Assembly (NCBI GenBank): GCA_041499965.1
Contig: JBGQLG010000007.1
Coordinates: 1,647-65,646, forward strand
Length of the DNA stretch: 64,000 nt
Reading direction: 5' to 3'
Source of the DNA: Candidatus Methylomirabilia bacterium
GTDB taxonomy: Bacteria > Methylomirabilota > Methylomirabilia > Rokubacteriales > CSP1-6
Shown here piece after piece: positions 17,202 to 26,676 of the stretch. The position numbers and the translations under genes were made by a program. Each line of letters begins with the position of its first letter. The stretch's first letter is position 1. The notes beneath the pieces are model-generated. The model was not told the DNA's origin and made no database searches. It was given only the letters and a program-made list of their open reading frames with translations.

Positions 17202-18395
17202 TCAGCGTGATGGCGCGGTGCCGCGCGGTCGGAGCACGAGCGCGAGGCCGACGAGCGACAGGATCACGAGCATCACACCCGGCAGCACGCCGGCGTGGCG
17301 GGCGGCGAGCAGGCCGGAGACGAACGGCCCGGCGAACATGCCGCCGTCCACGGACACGCGGTAGAGGGCGGTCCGCCATGCGACGCGCGCGGGCGGCGTG
17401 ACCGAGCGCAGGATGCTCACCGGCAACATCCATCCCGCCATGCTGACGCCGTACAGCACGCAGCCGACGCTCAGCAGCGGCAGCGAGCCGAAGCCGATCA
17501 GCGCCAGTGCCGCAGCGAACACGAGCAGGACGCTGCCGAGCACCACCGGCGGCCCGCGACGATCGGCCAGCGCGCCCAGCGGCAGCAGCGTGGCGACGTC
17601 GACGACCTGGGCCAGCATGAGCAGGCGCGCGATGCCCGCGCGGTCCAGGCCGAACTCCCGACTGCCGCGCAGCGGGATGGCGAACTGCTCGACGGTCGAG
17701 TAGCTGACCGCGATCGCGGCGCCGGCCGCGACCGCCAGCACGGCCAGCCAGCCGCCTCGTCGCGCCGGCGGATCGGCGGACTCGGAAGCGCCGGCGGCCG
17801 CCTGGCTGCGCGCGAAGAACGGGCGCGGTCCCTCGCTGGCCGGCGACGGCAGCGCGCGCCGGAGTGCCGGCAGCAGGAAGAGGTTCGCCACCATCGGCGC
17901 GCAGGCCAGCAGCAGCGCCGCGTTCCAGGGCACCGCGCGCGGCAGCAGGCTGAGCAGGGCGGCGCCGCTGAGCACGCCGAGCATCGCCGAGAACTCCACC
18001 GCGTTGAGCGAGGAGGCGAGGCCGGGTCCCGCGCGGTAACGGAGGACGGCGGTGAGGTTGCCGAGCATGCAGAGCGTGTGGCCCAGGCCCATGAGCGCGC
18101 GGCCGAGCACGAGCACCCCGAAGCCCCCACCGCTGGCCAGCAATAGCGCGCCGACCAGCATGAGGCCCGGCGACAGCACGAGCGCGCGCGTCAGGTGATG
18201 CGTGATGAACAATCCCGCCGGCACGTTGGCGAGCATCCGGGCCAACCCGAACGCACCGGCCACGGCGCCCAGCTGCCAGTCGGCCAGCGCGGCGGCGGCG
18301 CCGATCTCCGGCAGCAGCGCGGGAAACGCGCCGATCGACACCGTCGTCGTGGCGCCGGTGAGGCAGAGCAGGACGATCAGTCGTTGCGCTGGCAT
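17202..18395 (-). CDS. MFS transporter
   Basis: 397 aa with about 12 hydrophobic segments and MFS-like loop motifs. Confidence 0.8.
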   Translation of the reverse strand: MPAQRLIVLLCLTGATTTVSIGAFPALLPEIGAAAALADWQLGAVAGAFGLARMLANVPAGLFITHHLTRALVLSPGLMLVGALLLASGGGFGVLVLGRALMGLGHTLCMLGNLTAVLRYRAGPGLASSLNAVEFSAMLGVLSGAALLSLLPRAVPWNAALLLACAPMVANLFLLPALRRALPSPASEGPRPFFARSQAAAGASESADPPARRGGWLAVLAVAAGAAIAVSYSTVEQFAIPLRGSREFGLDRAGIARLLMLAQVVDVATLLPLGALADRRGPPVVLGSVLLVFAAALALIGFGSLPLLSVGCVLYGVSMAGWMLPVSILRSVTPPARVAWRTALYRVSVDGGMFAGPFVSGLLAARHAGVLPGVMLVILSLVGLALVLRPRGTAPSR

Positions 18396-18455
18396 GCCGC
18401 GTGGAGAGCATGAGGACGATCGTCAGACGAACGATTCCACGACGAGGAGACGGCG

Positions 18456-18605
18456 ATGCCGCCGAAAGGCGTGAAGAGCCGCAAGCGTGGGCCTCAGTAC
18501 GGGAAAGTCATGAGGTCGATCAAGCGCGAGGGGCGCTACCAGGAACGCCAGAAGGAAGTCGCCGCGCGCATCGTCAACACGACGCGCCGGCGGAAGGGCG
18601 CCTGA
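18456..18605 (+). CDS. small basic protein (49 aa), hypothetical
   Basis: Below the track's size cutoff. GAGGAGA sits 5 nt before ATG 18456. My translation is MPPKGVKSRKRGPQYGKVMRSIKREGRYQERQKEVAARIVNTTRRRKGA, ending at TGA 18603-18605. Confidence 0.45.
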   Translation: MPPKGVKSRKRGPQYGKVMRSIKREGRYQERQKEVAARIVNTTRRRKGA

Positions 18606-18614
18606 GCGGCATCC

Positions 18615-19685
18615 TCACGCGCCGGCGACCGCGCGGGCGCGACCGTGAGCGGGCTGGTCGGCGCGCATCGTGTCGGGATTGGCGCCGGCCTTGATGGCCA
18701 GGTGGTACGTGAGGAGCTGCAGCGGCACGATCGACACGATCGGCGAGAGCAGCTCCGCGACCGTCGGCAGCGCGATGGTCTCGGCGGCGAGGGGTCCGAT
18801 CTCGCGGTCGTCCTCGGCGACGAGGGCGATCAGCGGCGCGCCGATCTCGGCCGCGACCCGCGCGACGTCGCGGCAGCGCGCGTGCGAGGGTCCGGGCGGC
18901 GCGACGAGGATCACGAGATCGTCCGGCTCCAGCGCGGCCCACGGTCCGTGCAGGAACTGCTCGCAGCCGAAGCCGACCGCGGGCAGCCACGCCGCCTCGT
19001 TCAGCTTGAGCGCGGCCTCGTAGGCCGTCGCCGCGTTGGGGCCGCCGCCCACGACCCAGTAGCGGCGGCGTCCGCCGAAGCGCGCGGCCAACTCCTCCCA
19101 CGCCTCCTGCCCGAGCAGCATCGCGAGCTGATCCGGCATGGCGTCGAGCTGGTGCGCGATGTCGTCGTCGTGCCCGACGGCGGCGGCCAGCGCCGCCAGC
19201 ATGGCCACCGCCGTCGTGTAGCTGACGGTGTGGCACGACGACGCCTCCTGCTCGACCGTGCGCAGCACGTGCTCGGCGCCCGCCGGACCCTCGGTGCCCT
19301 TGCCGGCGATCGCCACGGTGGCGGCGCCGGCCGCCCGGCCTCGCGCCAGCGCCGTCGTCGCGTAGTGGTTCGTCCCGCGATGGGTGACCGCCACGACGGC
19401 GCCGTCCGCGTCGGGCCAGTACTCGACGAGGTCGAAGGCGTGGATCGCGCGGGCGCGCGGGCCCAGGCCGCCCACGCGCGCGAACAGCAGCTCGCCGACC
19501 AGCGCCGCGTGCCACGACGAGCCGACGCCGGCCAGCCACACCGCCGAGGCCTCGCGCAGCCGGGCCGCGGCCGTGGCGAGCGTCGGGCCCTGGCCGCGCG
19601 TGAGCAGGCGCAGCGCCCCCGGCTGCGCGTAGATCGCGTCGTGCATGTGATAGGGATGACCGGGGCGGACCGGGCTGGACGACAT
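18615..19685 (-). CDS. SIS-domain sugar-phosphate isomerase/aminotransferase-like protein (GlmS C-terminal / FrlB-like)
   Basis: ATG at 19685 (MSSSPVRPGHPYHMHDAIYAQPGAL). Two SIS repeats (LAGVGSSWHAA and VVGGGPNAATAYEAALKLNE). It is the real 3' part of track ORF 18615..20306. Confidence 0.8.
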   Translation of the reverse strand: MSSSPVRPGHPYHMHDAIYAQPGALRLLTRGQGPTLATAAARLREASAVWLAGVGSSWHAALVGELLFARVGGLGPRARAIHAFDLVEYWPDADGAVVAVTHRGTNHYATTALARGRAAGAATVAIAGKGTEGPAGAEHVLRTVEQEASSCHTVSYTTAVAMLAALAAAVGHDDDIAHQLDAMPDQLAMLLGQEAWEELAARFGGRRRYWVVGGGPNAATAYEAALKLNEAAWLPAVGFGCEQFLHGPWAALEPDDLVILVAPPGPSHARCRDVARVAAEIGAPLIALVAEDDREIGPLAAETIALPTVAELLSPIVSIVPLQLLTYHLAIKAGANPDTMRADQPAHGRARAVAGA

Positions 19686-19771
19686 CGGGCGCTCTCTCCT
19701 GGCGTGCGTTTCTCCCGACGATAACACCGCCGGGCCGCGCCGCCGCGGAGTTCCGCGCGCGCGAGGCGTCC

Positions 19772-20134
19772 TCAGGCCCCGGCACGGCCGCGGGCGTCGG
19801 CGCCCGGCGCGGCCTCGTAGACGAACAGCTCGTCTCGGGGCAGGCCCGTCACCAGCGAGGCTTCGAGTGCTGCGCCGACGGCGGCACCGCCGACGCCCAG
19901 CAGCGCCGCGCCGATCACGCCCGCCACGATCACGGCGGCCACGCCGGGAACGAGCAGCGTCACCACGGCACCAAGCGTCGCGCCGATCCCCGGCCGCTCG
20001 CCCTCGTGGGTGGGAACCTGACGCGCCTCGAGGCCCGGCGCCAGCAGCGTGATGCGATCGCGCGGGATCCCGATCTCGACGAGCCCGGCGGCGGCGCGCT
20101 CGGCATCGCCCCGCCGTGCGAACTCTCCGGCCAC
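19772..20134 (-). CDS. hypothetical membrane protein with Gly-rich TM segment (general-stress-like)
   Basis: Track ORF 19772..20224. A plausible GTG start at 20134 gives VAGEFARRGDAERAAAGLVEIGIPRDRITLL, followed by the Gly/Ala/Val-rich hydrophobic stretch GIGATLGAVVTLLVPGVAAVIVAGVIGAALLGVGGAAVGA. The start is uncertain. Confidence 0.35.
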   Translation of the reverse strand: MAGEFARRGDAERAAAGLVEIGIPRDRITLLAPGLEARQVPTHEGERPGIGATLGAVVTLLVPGVAAVIVAGVIGAALLGVGGAAVGAALEASLVTGLPRDELFVYEAAPGADARGRAGA

Positions 20135-20253
20135 GGTGTGCTGACGCCCCCCTTGTTTCGAAGACGGGAGCAAGGCGGCTGCCAGCCACCAGGCCTTGCA
20201 CGCGGCACGACGGCATGCCACCATCCGCGCACCACGCAGAGGAGGATCTCGTG

Positions 20254-21834
20254 ATGAGCCTCAGCCGCCGCCGCTTCATCGCCGGGACTGCCGCCGTCGC
20301 CGCCACCGCCGTCGCCGCGCCCTACGTGCACGCGCAGAAGCGCGGAGGCACGCTCAGGTTCGTCCCTCACGCCGATCTCAAGATCCTCGACCCGATCTGG
20401 ACGACGGCGTACATCACGCGCAATCACGGCTACATGATCTTCGACACGCTCTTCGCGCTCGACGGCAACCTCAAGCTACAGCCGCAGATGGTGGACAAGT
20501 ACACGGTGAGCAAGGACGCGATGAAGTACTCGTTCACCCTGCGCGACGGGCTCAAGTTCCACGACGGCGCGCCGGTGACGGCGGAGGATTGCGTGGCCTC
20601 CATCAAGCGGTGGGGGGCCAGGGACGCGGTCGGGCGCCTCATGATGGCCTCGCTGTCGAAGATGGCGCCAGTCGACAAGAAGACGTTCACGATCGATCTG
20701 GAGACGCCGTTCGGCCTGGTCCTCGACGCGCTCGGCAAGCCCTCGGCCAGCCCCTCGTTCATCATGCCGGCCCGGCTGGCCGCCACCGACCCCAACGACC
20801 AGGTCAAGGACGTCATCGGCTCGGGGCCGTTCACGTTCTCCAAGGACGAGTGGCAGCCGGGCAACCGCGTCGTCTACATCAAGAACGCCGACTACGTCCC
20901 CCGCAAGGAGAACCCGAGCGGGGCCGCCGGCGCCAAGCGCCCGCTGGTCGACCGCGTGGAGTGGCGCTACATCCCCGACGCGGCCACCGCCGGCGCCGCG
21001 CTCGAGGCCGGCGAGGTCGACTACTGGGAGAACATCCCCCTCGACTTCGCGGCGCGCCTGGAGAAGAACGCCGCCCTCAGCGTCTTCATCACCGATCCCA
21101 AGGGCAGCCAGGGCATCCTGCGGCCCAACCACCTGCACCCGCCCTTCAACAACAAGAAAGCCCGGCAGGCGCTGCTGCTGGCCGTCGATCAGAAGAACTA
21201 CTTGCAGGCTGTCATCGGCCACGAGAAGTACTACAAGACCTGCCCGTCGGTCTTCATGTGCGGTGGCCTACCCTACGAATCCGCGGCCGGCGCGCCCAAG
21301 CCCGACCTGGAGCGCGCGCGACAGCTCTTCAAGGAATCCGGTTACGACGGCCGGCCCGTCGTCGTCCTCGATCCGACCGACTCGCCCTACGCCCACGCCC
21401 CGGCGCTGGTGACGGTGGAGGTGCTCAAGTCGCTCGGCGCCAACCCGGATCTGCAATCGATGGACTGGTCGACGATGGTCGCCCGGCGCGCCAAGAAGGA
21501 CGCGCCGGCCGCGGGCGGCTGGAACGTCTTCCACACGTGGTCGACGTCGTTCGACACGATGACGCCGGCCGTGTCCTCGGTGCTGGGCGGCGGCGGCGAC
21601 AAGGCGTGGTTCGGCTGGCCCACCAGCGAGCCGATGGAGAAGCTGCGGGCGGACTTCGCCCGGGAGCCCGACGCCGTCAAGCGCAAGGCCATCGCCGAGA
21701 AGGTCCAGGTCCTGGCCTACGACGAGGTGCCGTACGTGCCGTGGGGCCAGTTCGTGGTGCCGGGCGCGTTTCGCAAGAACGTCCAGGGCGTGCTGCAGTT
21801 CGGGGCCACCCTGTTGTGGAACATCCAGGTGTGA
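20254..21834 (+). CDS. ABC transporter substrate-binding protein, family 5 (peptide/nickel type), Tat signal
   Basis: ATG at 20254 after GGAGGA. The twin-arginine leader is MSLSRRRFIAGTAAVAA. SBP_bac_5 motifs include TLRFVPHADLKILDP and GSGPFTF. Confidence 0.85.
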   Translation: MSLSRRRFIAGTAAVAATAVAAPYVHAQKRGGTLRFVPHADLKILDPIWTTAYITRNHGYMIFDTLFALDGNLKLQPQMVDKYTVSKDAMKYSFTLRDGLKFHDGAPVTAEDCVASIKRWGARDAVGRLMMASLSKMAPVDKKTFTIDLETPFGLVLDALGKPSASPSFIMPARLAATDPNDQVKDVIGSGPFTFSKDEWQPGNRVVYIKNADYVPRKENPSGAAGAKRPLVDRVEWRYIPDAATAGAALEAGEVDYWENIPLDFAARLEKNAALSVFITDPKGSQGILRPNHLHPPFNNKKARQALLLAVDQKNYLQAVIGHEKYYKTCPSVFMCGGLPYESAAGAPKPDLERARQLFKESGYDGRPVVVLDPTDSPYAHAPALVTVEVLKSLGANPDLQSMDWSTMVARRAKKDAPAAGGWNVFHTWSTSFDTMTPAVSSVLGGGGDKAWFGWPTSEPMEKLRADFAREPDAVKRKAIAEKVQVLAYDEVPYVPWGQFVVPGAFRKNVQGVLQFGATLLWNIQV

Positions 21835-22250
21835 GTCTCATCACGGTCGGCGCCGCCCAGCTGGGGCCGATCGCCCGCAGCGACGGGCGCGGCACCGTCG
21901 TCAAGCGCCTCGTCGCCCACCTGCACGAGGCGAAGGCGCGGGGCCTCGCCAACTTCCACAACCAGCTCGTCATGCAGGCCGGCGCCTACCAGAACGGCAC
22001 CTGGGTGGTCGGCGTGGCCAAGGCCGGCCGCGAGGAGGGCGTCGATCAGATCGGCCAGAGCCAGATCATCGCGCCCTCGGGCGAGACGGTGGCGATGGCC
22101 ACGACGCTCGGCGACGAGCTGATCGTCGCCCGCTGCGATCTCGGGCTCGGCCGCGCCTACACGAGCACCGTCTTCGACTTCGCCCGTCACCGCCGGCCCG
22201 AGCACTACCGGCTCATCGTCGAGCGGACCGGCGCGACCCCGCCGGCGTGA
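21831..22250 (+). pseudogene. internally deleted N-carbamoyl-D-amino-acid hydrolase / nitrilase-superfamily remnant
   Basis: 138 codons starting at GTG 21831. The N-terminal about 40 aa (GAAQLGPIARSDGRGTVVKRLVAHLHEAKARGLANF) join directly to the C-terminal about 95 aa (HNQLVMQAGAYQNGTWVV...IIAPSGETVA...HRRPEHYRLIVE). The central about 170 aa that carry the Glu-Lys-Cys triad are missing. Confidence 0.6.
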
Positions 22251-23017
22251 GCGACGATCCCTACCGGGAGTTCGCCGACGCCTACGACGTCTATCTCGGC
22301 GCCGGGCCCGACGACCTGCCGCTCTATCTCGACCACGCCCGCAAGCTCGGCGGCCCCGTCCTCGAGGTCGGCGCCGGCGCCGGGCGGATCACCCTGCCGC
22401 TGGCCCGCGCCGGCACCGCGGTGGTCGCCGTCGATCTCTCGGGGGCGATGCTGGCGCGGCTGGGCGCGCGGCTCGCCCAGGAGCCGCCCGAGGTGCGCCG
22501 GCGCGTGCGAGTCATCCGCGCCGACGCCAGCCGGCTGCCCCTGCGCGACCGGTTCCGGCTGATCCTCGTACCGTCCGGCACGCTCACCTGCCTGCTCACC
22601 GTCGAGGCCCAGCGCCGCGCGCTGGCCAACCTCGCGGGCCTGCTCACCGTCGACGGCGTGGCCCTGGTGGACGTCTTCGTGCCCTTCGCGCGGCTGGCCC
22701 ACTGCCCGCCCGAGCCGCTGCTCCACCGTGACACGCTGCACGGCGACGGCCGCCGCGTCCGCGCCTGGATCGGCTACGCGCTGGACCCGGCCACGCAGAT
22801 CGAGCGGCGCCGCCACATCGTCGAGGCGACCGCACCCGACGGCCACGTGGACCGCCGCGAGTTCAGCACCGCGCGCCGCTGGATCACGCGCGACGAGATG
22901 ACGCGGCTGGCCGGCGCGGCCGGGCTCACCGTCGAGCGCGCCATCGCCGGGTACGGCGACGTGCCGGCCGGCCCGAGGGCCGAGCAGGTGCTCTACACGC
23001 TGCGCCCGGCTACCTGA
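22247..23017 (+). CDS. class I SAM-dependent methyltransferase
   Basis: 256 aa with the SAM-binding motif I, VLEVGAGAGRITLPLA. Confidence 0.8.
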   Translation: MSDDPYREFADAYDVYLGAGPDDLPLYLDHARKLGGPVLEVGAGAGRITLPLARAGTAVVAVDLSGAMLARLGARLAQEPPEVRRRVRVIRADASRLPLRDRFRLILVPSGTLTCLLTVEAQRRALANLAGLLTVDGVALVDVFVPFARLAHCPPEPLLHRDTLHGDGRRVRAWIGYALDPATQIERRRHIVEATAPDGHVDRREFSTARRWITRDEMTRLAGAAGLTVERAIAGYGDVPAGPRAEQVLYTLRPAT

Positions 23018-23183
23018 GCGTCGCCTGGTGGAGCGGTAGCCACTGGTCCGCGCGCGGCGTCCACGTGAGCCACTCGCGGGTGGCATAGATGTCGACCTGC
23101 TTTCAGCAGGAAGACCGCCGTGGCCCCGCCCCTTCGAGGAGACGAGGTTGTCGATCATGCGCGGATCGTAACACCGGGACGTA

Positions 23184-24182
23184 TTGAACCGCGCCGCGCG
23201 ACGTTGTACCACGGTGGGCGTGGACGCGGGCCTGCGCGGGTACGTGCTGAGGCGCCTGGGGTTTGCCCTGCTCATGCTCGTCTGCGTGTCGCTCATCCTC
23301 TTCACGCTCATGCGGCTGGCGCCAGGCGGCCCCGAGGCGGTGCTCATCGGCGGCGAGTTCTCGCCGGACGCCGCCGCCCAGATCCGCGAGCGCCTGGGGC
23401 TGGATCGCCCGCTCCCGCTGCAGTACCTCACGTGGGCGGCCGCGGCCTTGCGCGGCGATCTCGGCCGGTCGTTCAAGACCGGCGACCCGGTGGCGACGCT
23501 GATCCTGGACCGGATCGGGCCGACGCTGCAGCTGACGGCAGGCGCGCTGGTGCTGGCCCTCGGCGCCGCCATTCCGCTCGGTGTGCTGGCGGCGGTCCGG
23601 CGCGGCACCATCTGGGACACCCTGGGCTCGGCGATCTCCCTCTTCGGGGTGTCGTTCCCCAGCTTCTGGCTGGGGATCATGCTGATCCTGCTCTTCTCCG
23701 AGGTCTTCCGGCTGCTGCCGCCGTCGGGACTCAGCGAGTACGGGCGGGAGGCCGACCCGGTCTCGCGCCTGCGTCACGCCATCCTGCCGACGCTGACGCT
23801 CGGGTCGATCCAGATGGCCGCGTTCATGCGCTTCACACGTTCGAGCCTGCTGGAGGCGCTCCGCCAGGACTACGTCCGGACGGCCCGGGCCAAGGGTCTC
23901 GCCGGCGGCGCCGTCGTCTGGCGCCACGCGCTCCGCAACGCGCTGATCCCGGTGGTGACCGTGGTCGGGCTGTCACTGCCCACGCTGGTCGGCGGGGCCG
24001 TGCTGACCGAGACGGTGTTCGCCTGGCCCGGCATCGGCCGCCTCGCGGTGGGCGCCGTGTTCGAGCGCGACTATCCGGTCATCATGGGCGTCAACATGAT
24101 CGTGGCCGCCGTCGTCATCACCGCCAACCTCGTGACCGACGTCGCGTACTGCTTCATCGATCCGCGGATCTCGTACCGGTGA
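23184..24182 (+). CDS. ABC peptide-type transporter permease (DppB/OppB-like)
   Basis: 332 aa. YVLRRLGFALLMLV is the N-terminal motif, and DYVRTARAKGL is the EAA-loop region. Confidence 0.85.
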   Translation: MNRAARRCTTVGVDAGLRGYVLRRLGFALLMLVCVSLILFTLMRLAPGGPEAVLIGGEFSPDAAAQIRERLGLDRPLPLQYLTWAAAALRGDLGRSFKTGDPVATLILDRIGPTLQLTAGALVLALGAAIPLGVLAAVRRGTIWDTLGSAISLFGVSFPSFWLGIMLILLFSEVFRLLPPSGLSEYGREADPVSRLRHAILPTLTLGSIQMAAFMRFTRSSLLEALRQDYVRTARAKGLAGGAVVWRHALRNALIPVVTVVGLSLPTLVGGAVLTETVFAWPGIGRLAVGAVFERDYPVIMGVNMIVAAVVITANLVTDVAYCFIDPRISYR

Positions 24183-25018
24183 GCGCCGGCCCGCTGGCCC
24201 GCCTGGTGCGCCATCGGCGCGGCCTCATCGGCGGGGCCGCCGTGGCGCTCATGCTGCTCACCGGCGTGCTGGCGCCTCTCATCGCGCCTCACGGCTACTC
24301 CAACCAGTCGCTGCTCCAGCGACTGCAGCCGCCCAGTGCTGCGCACTGGCTCGGCACCGACGGGTTCGGCCGTGACGTGCTCAGCCGTGTCATCTGGGGC
24401 AGCCGCGTGTCGCTGGAGATCGGCTTCCTCGCCACCGGGCTGGCCCTCGTGGTCGGCACGGCCCTGGGCAGCGCGGCCGGCTACTTCGGCGCCGCGGCCG
24501 ACACCGTGATCATGCGGGCGGCCGACGCGTTCATGTCGATCCCCGCACTGTTCCTGATCCTCGTCGTGGTCGCGCTGTTCGGGGCCAGCCTGCTCAACAC
24601 CGCGCTGGTGATCTCGCTGGTCACCTGGGCCCAGGTGGCGCGGATCGTCCGCGCCGAGTGCCTGAGCCTGCGGGGCCGCGAGTTCGTCGACGCCGCCCAC
24701 GCCCTGGGCGCCGGCCACACCCGGATCCTGGGGCGCCACCTGCTGCTCAACGCGCTGCCGGTCATCATCGTGCAGGCCACGCTGCTGCTCGGCCAGACGA
24801 TCCTGATCGAATCCGCGCTGAGCTATCTCGGGCTCGGCGCCCAGCCGCCGCTGCCGAGCTGGGGCAACATGGTCGTGGAGGGGCGGCAGTTCCTGGCCTC
24901 CGCCTGGTGGATCGCCGCCTGCCCCGGCCTGGCGATCTTCCTCACCGTGCTCGGGTTCAACCTGTGCGGCGACGGGCTGCGGGACGCCCTCGACCCCACG
25001 CTGCGCGGCTCCTCGTGA
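24179..25018 (+). CDS. ABC peptide-type transporter permease (DppC/OppC-like)
   Basis: GTG at 24179 overlaps the upstream stop (GTGA). LGTDGFGRDVLSRVIWG and EFVDAAHALGAG are DppC hallmarks. Confidence 0.85.
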   Translation: MSAGPLARLVRHRRGLIGGAAVALMLLTGVLAPLIAPHGYSNQSLLQRLQPPSAAHWLGTDGFGRDVLSRVIWGSRVSLEIGFLATGLALVVGTALGSAAGYFGAAADTVIMRAADAFMSIPALFLILVVVALFGASLLNTALVISLVTWAQVARIVRAECLSLRGREFVDAAHALGAGHTRILGRHLLLNALPVIIVQATLLLGQTILIESALSYLGLGAQPPLPSWGNMVVEGRQFLASAWWIAACPGLAIFLTVLGFNLCGDGLRDALDPTLRGSS

Positions 25019-25047
25019 CGTACGTCAACCGAAAGGAAGGCTCCTCC

Positions 25048-26676
25048 GTGATCCACACGCTGGTCGTCACCGTCCTCGTGGTGCTCTCCGTCCTCGGCGC
25101 CGCCGCGCCCGGCTTCGCGGCCGGCCGCGACCTGGTCCTCGGCCTCAGCGGCGACGCGACGTCGCTCAACCCCGTGCTGGCCACCGACAGCATGTCCTAC
25201 ATCGTCGAGTGGCCGCTGTTCGACAGTCTCCTCGAGCTGGACCCGAGCCTCAACGTGCGCCCGCTGCTGGCGGAGTCGTGGGAGGTGTCGAAGGACGGCC
25301 TCACCTATACCTTCAAGCTGAAGAAGGGCGTGAAGTGGCACGACGGCAAGCCGTTCACGGCGCGCGACGTCGCCTTCACCTTCTATTCGGTGCTCGACCC
25401 CAAGGTGACGACGCCGCATCGCGCCTACTTCGACGCGCTGGTGGGCTTTCCGGAGCTCACCGCCAAGGACAATCCCAAGCGCCCCGAGGAGCTGGCGGTC
25501 CGGCCGATCGAGGTCGTCGACGACCACACCGTGCGCTTCCGCCTGCGCTATCCGAGCGGCTCGTTCCTGGCTGTCCTCGTCAACCCGCGCGCGGGCATCG
25601 TCCCCGAGCACCTGCTCAAGGGCGTCGATCTGAATACCGCCGACTTCAACCGCAAGCCCGTCGGCACCGGGCCCTTCAAGTTCGTCGAGTGGCGCCGGGG
25701 CGAACGTCTCGTGATGGAGGCCAACGAGCAGTATCACGGCGGCCGGCCGGCCCTGAACCGCCTGATCTTCCGGATCATCCCCGACGCCGTCGTCCTGCTG
25801 CAGGAGCTCAAGGCGGGCGGCGTCGACTTCATCGAGAACCCGCCGCTGACCGAGGTCGCGCGGCTGAAGCAGACGGCCGGGCTCAAGGTGTTGGTCGCCG
25901 ACAACACCTCGTACACCTACGTCGGCTGGCGCCAGGATCTCGCCCCGTTCAACGATCTGCGCGTGCGCCGGGCCCTCAACCACGCGGTCGACGTGCCGAG
26001 CATCGTCCGGGAAGTCCTGCAGGGCTACGCCGCCATCTCCACCGGCCAGTTCCCGCCGGCGAGCTGGGCCTTCGATCCCGGCGTGAAGCCGTACGCGTAC
26101 GACCCGAATCGCGCCAAGGCGCTGCTGGCCGAGGCCGGCTTCAAGCCGGGCCCCGACGGCATCCTGGTGAAGGACGGCAAGCGCTTCAGCTTCTCGATCC
26201 GTCACGACCAGGCCAACCAGAGCGTGAAGGACACCGCGGTGATCGTGCAGGAGTACCTCAAGCGCGTCGGGGTGGAGGCTACGCTGGAGGCGCTCGACTG
26301 GCCGACGTTCGTCAAGAAGCTCTTCGCCTCCGACTTCGAGGGCATCGTGGTGGGCTGGACGAACCACCACGACCCCGATCCCTTCGCCTACACCATCTGG
26401 CACTCGAGCCAGTGGAAGGGTCGCAACTTCGCGCACTACAAGAACCCGCGCGTGGACGAGCTGCTCGAGCAGGCGCGACGCACCGCCGTCGTCGCCGAGC
26501 GCAAGCGCGCCTATGCGGAGTTCTCGCGCGTCCTCATGGAGGACGCGCCGTACGTCTTCCTCTACTTCCAGCAGCAGGTCTACGTCACCCGGCAGGGCTA
26601 CGAGGGCTTCGTCCCCATCCCGACCTACGCCGGCCTCTACCAGTCGCTGAAGGCCGTGCGCTGGACAGGCAAGTGA
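25048..26676 (+). CDS. ABC transporter substrate-binding protein, family 5
   Basis: GTG at 25048 after GAAAGGAAGG, followed by a signal peptide. ESWEVSKDGLTYTFKLKKGVKWHDG and GTGPFKFVEW are SBP_bac_5 motifs. Confidence 0.85.
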   Translation: MIHTLVVTVLVVLSVLGAAAPGFAAGRDLVLGLSGDATSLNPVLATDSMSYIVEWPLFDSLLELDPSLNVRPLLAESWEVSKDGLTYTFKLKKGVKWHDGKPFTARDVAFTFYSVLDPKVTTPHRAYFDALVGFPELTAKDNPKRPEELAVRPIEVVDDHTVRFRLRYPSGSFLAVLVNPRAGIVPEHLLKGVDLNTADFNRKPVGTGPFKFVEWRRGERLVMEANEQYHGGRPALNRLIFRIIPDAVVLLQELKAGGVDFIENPPLTEVARLKQTAGLKVLVADNTSYTYVGWRQDLAPFNDLRVRRALNHAVDVPSIVREVLQGYAAISTGQFPPASWAFDPGVKPYAYDPNRAKALLAEAGFKPGPDGILVKDGKRFSFSIRHDQANQSVKDTAVIVQEYLKRVGVEATLEALDWPTFVKKLFASDFEGIVVGWTNHHDPDPFAYTIWHSSQWKGRNFAHYKNPRVDELLEQARRTAVVAERKRAYAEFSRVLMEDAPYVFLYFQQQVYVTRQGYEGFVPIPTYAGLYQSLKAVRWTGK

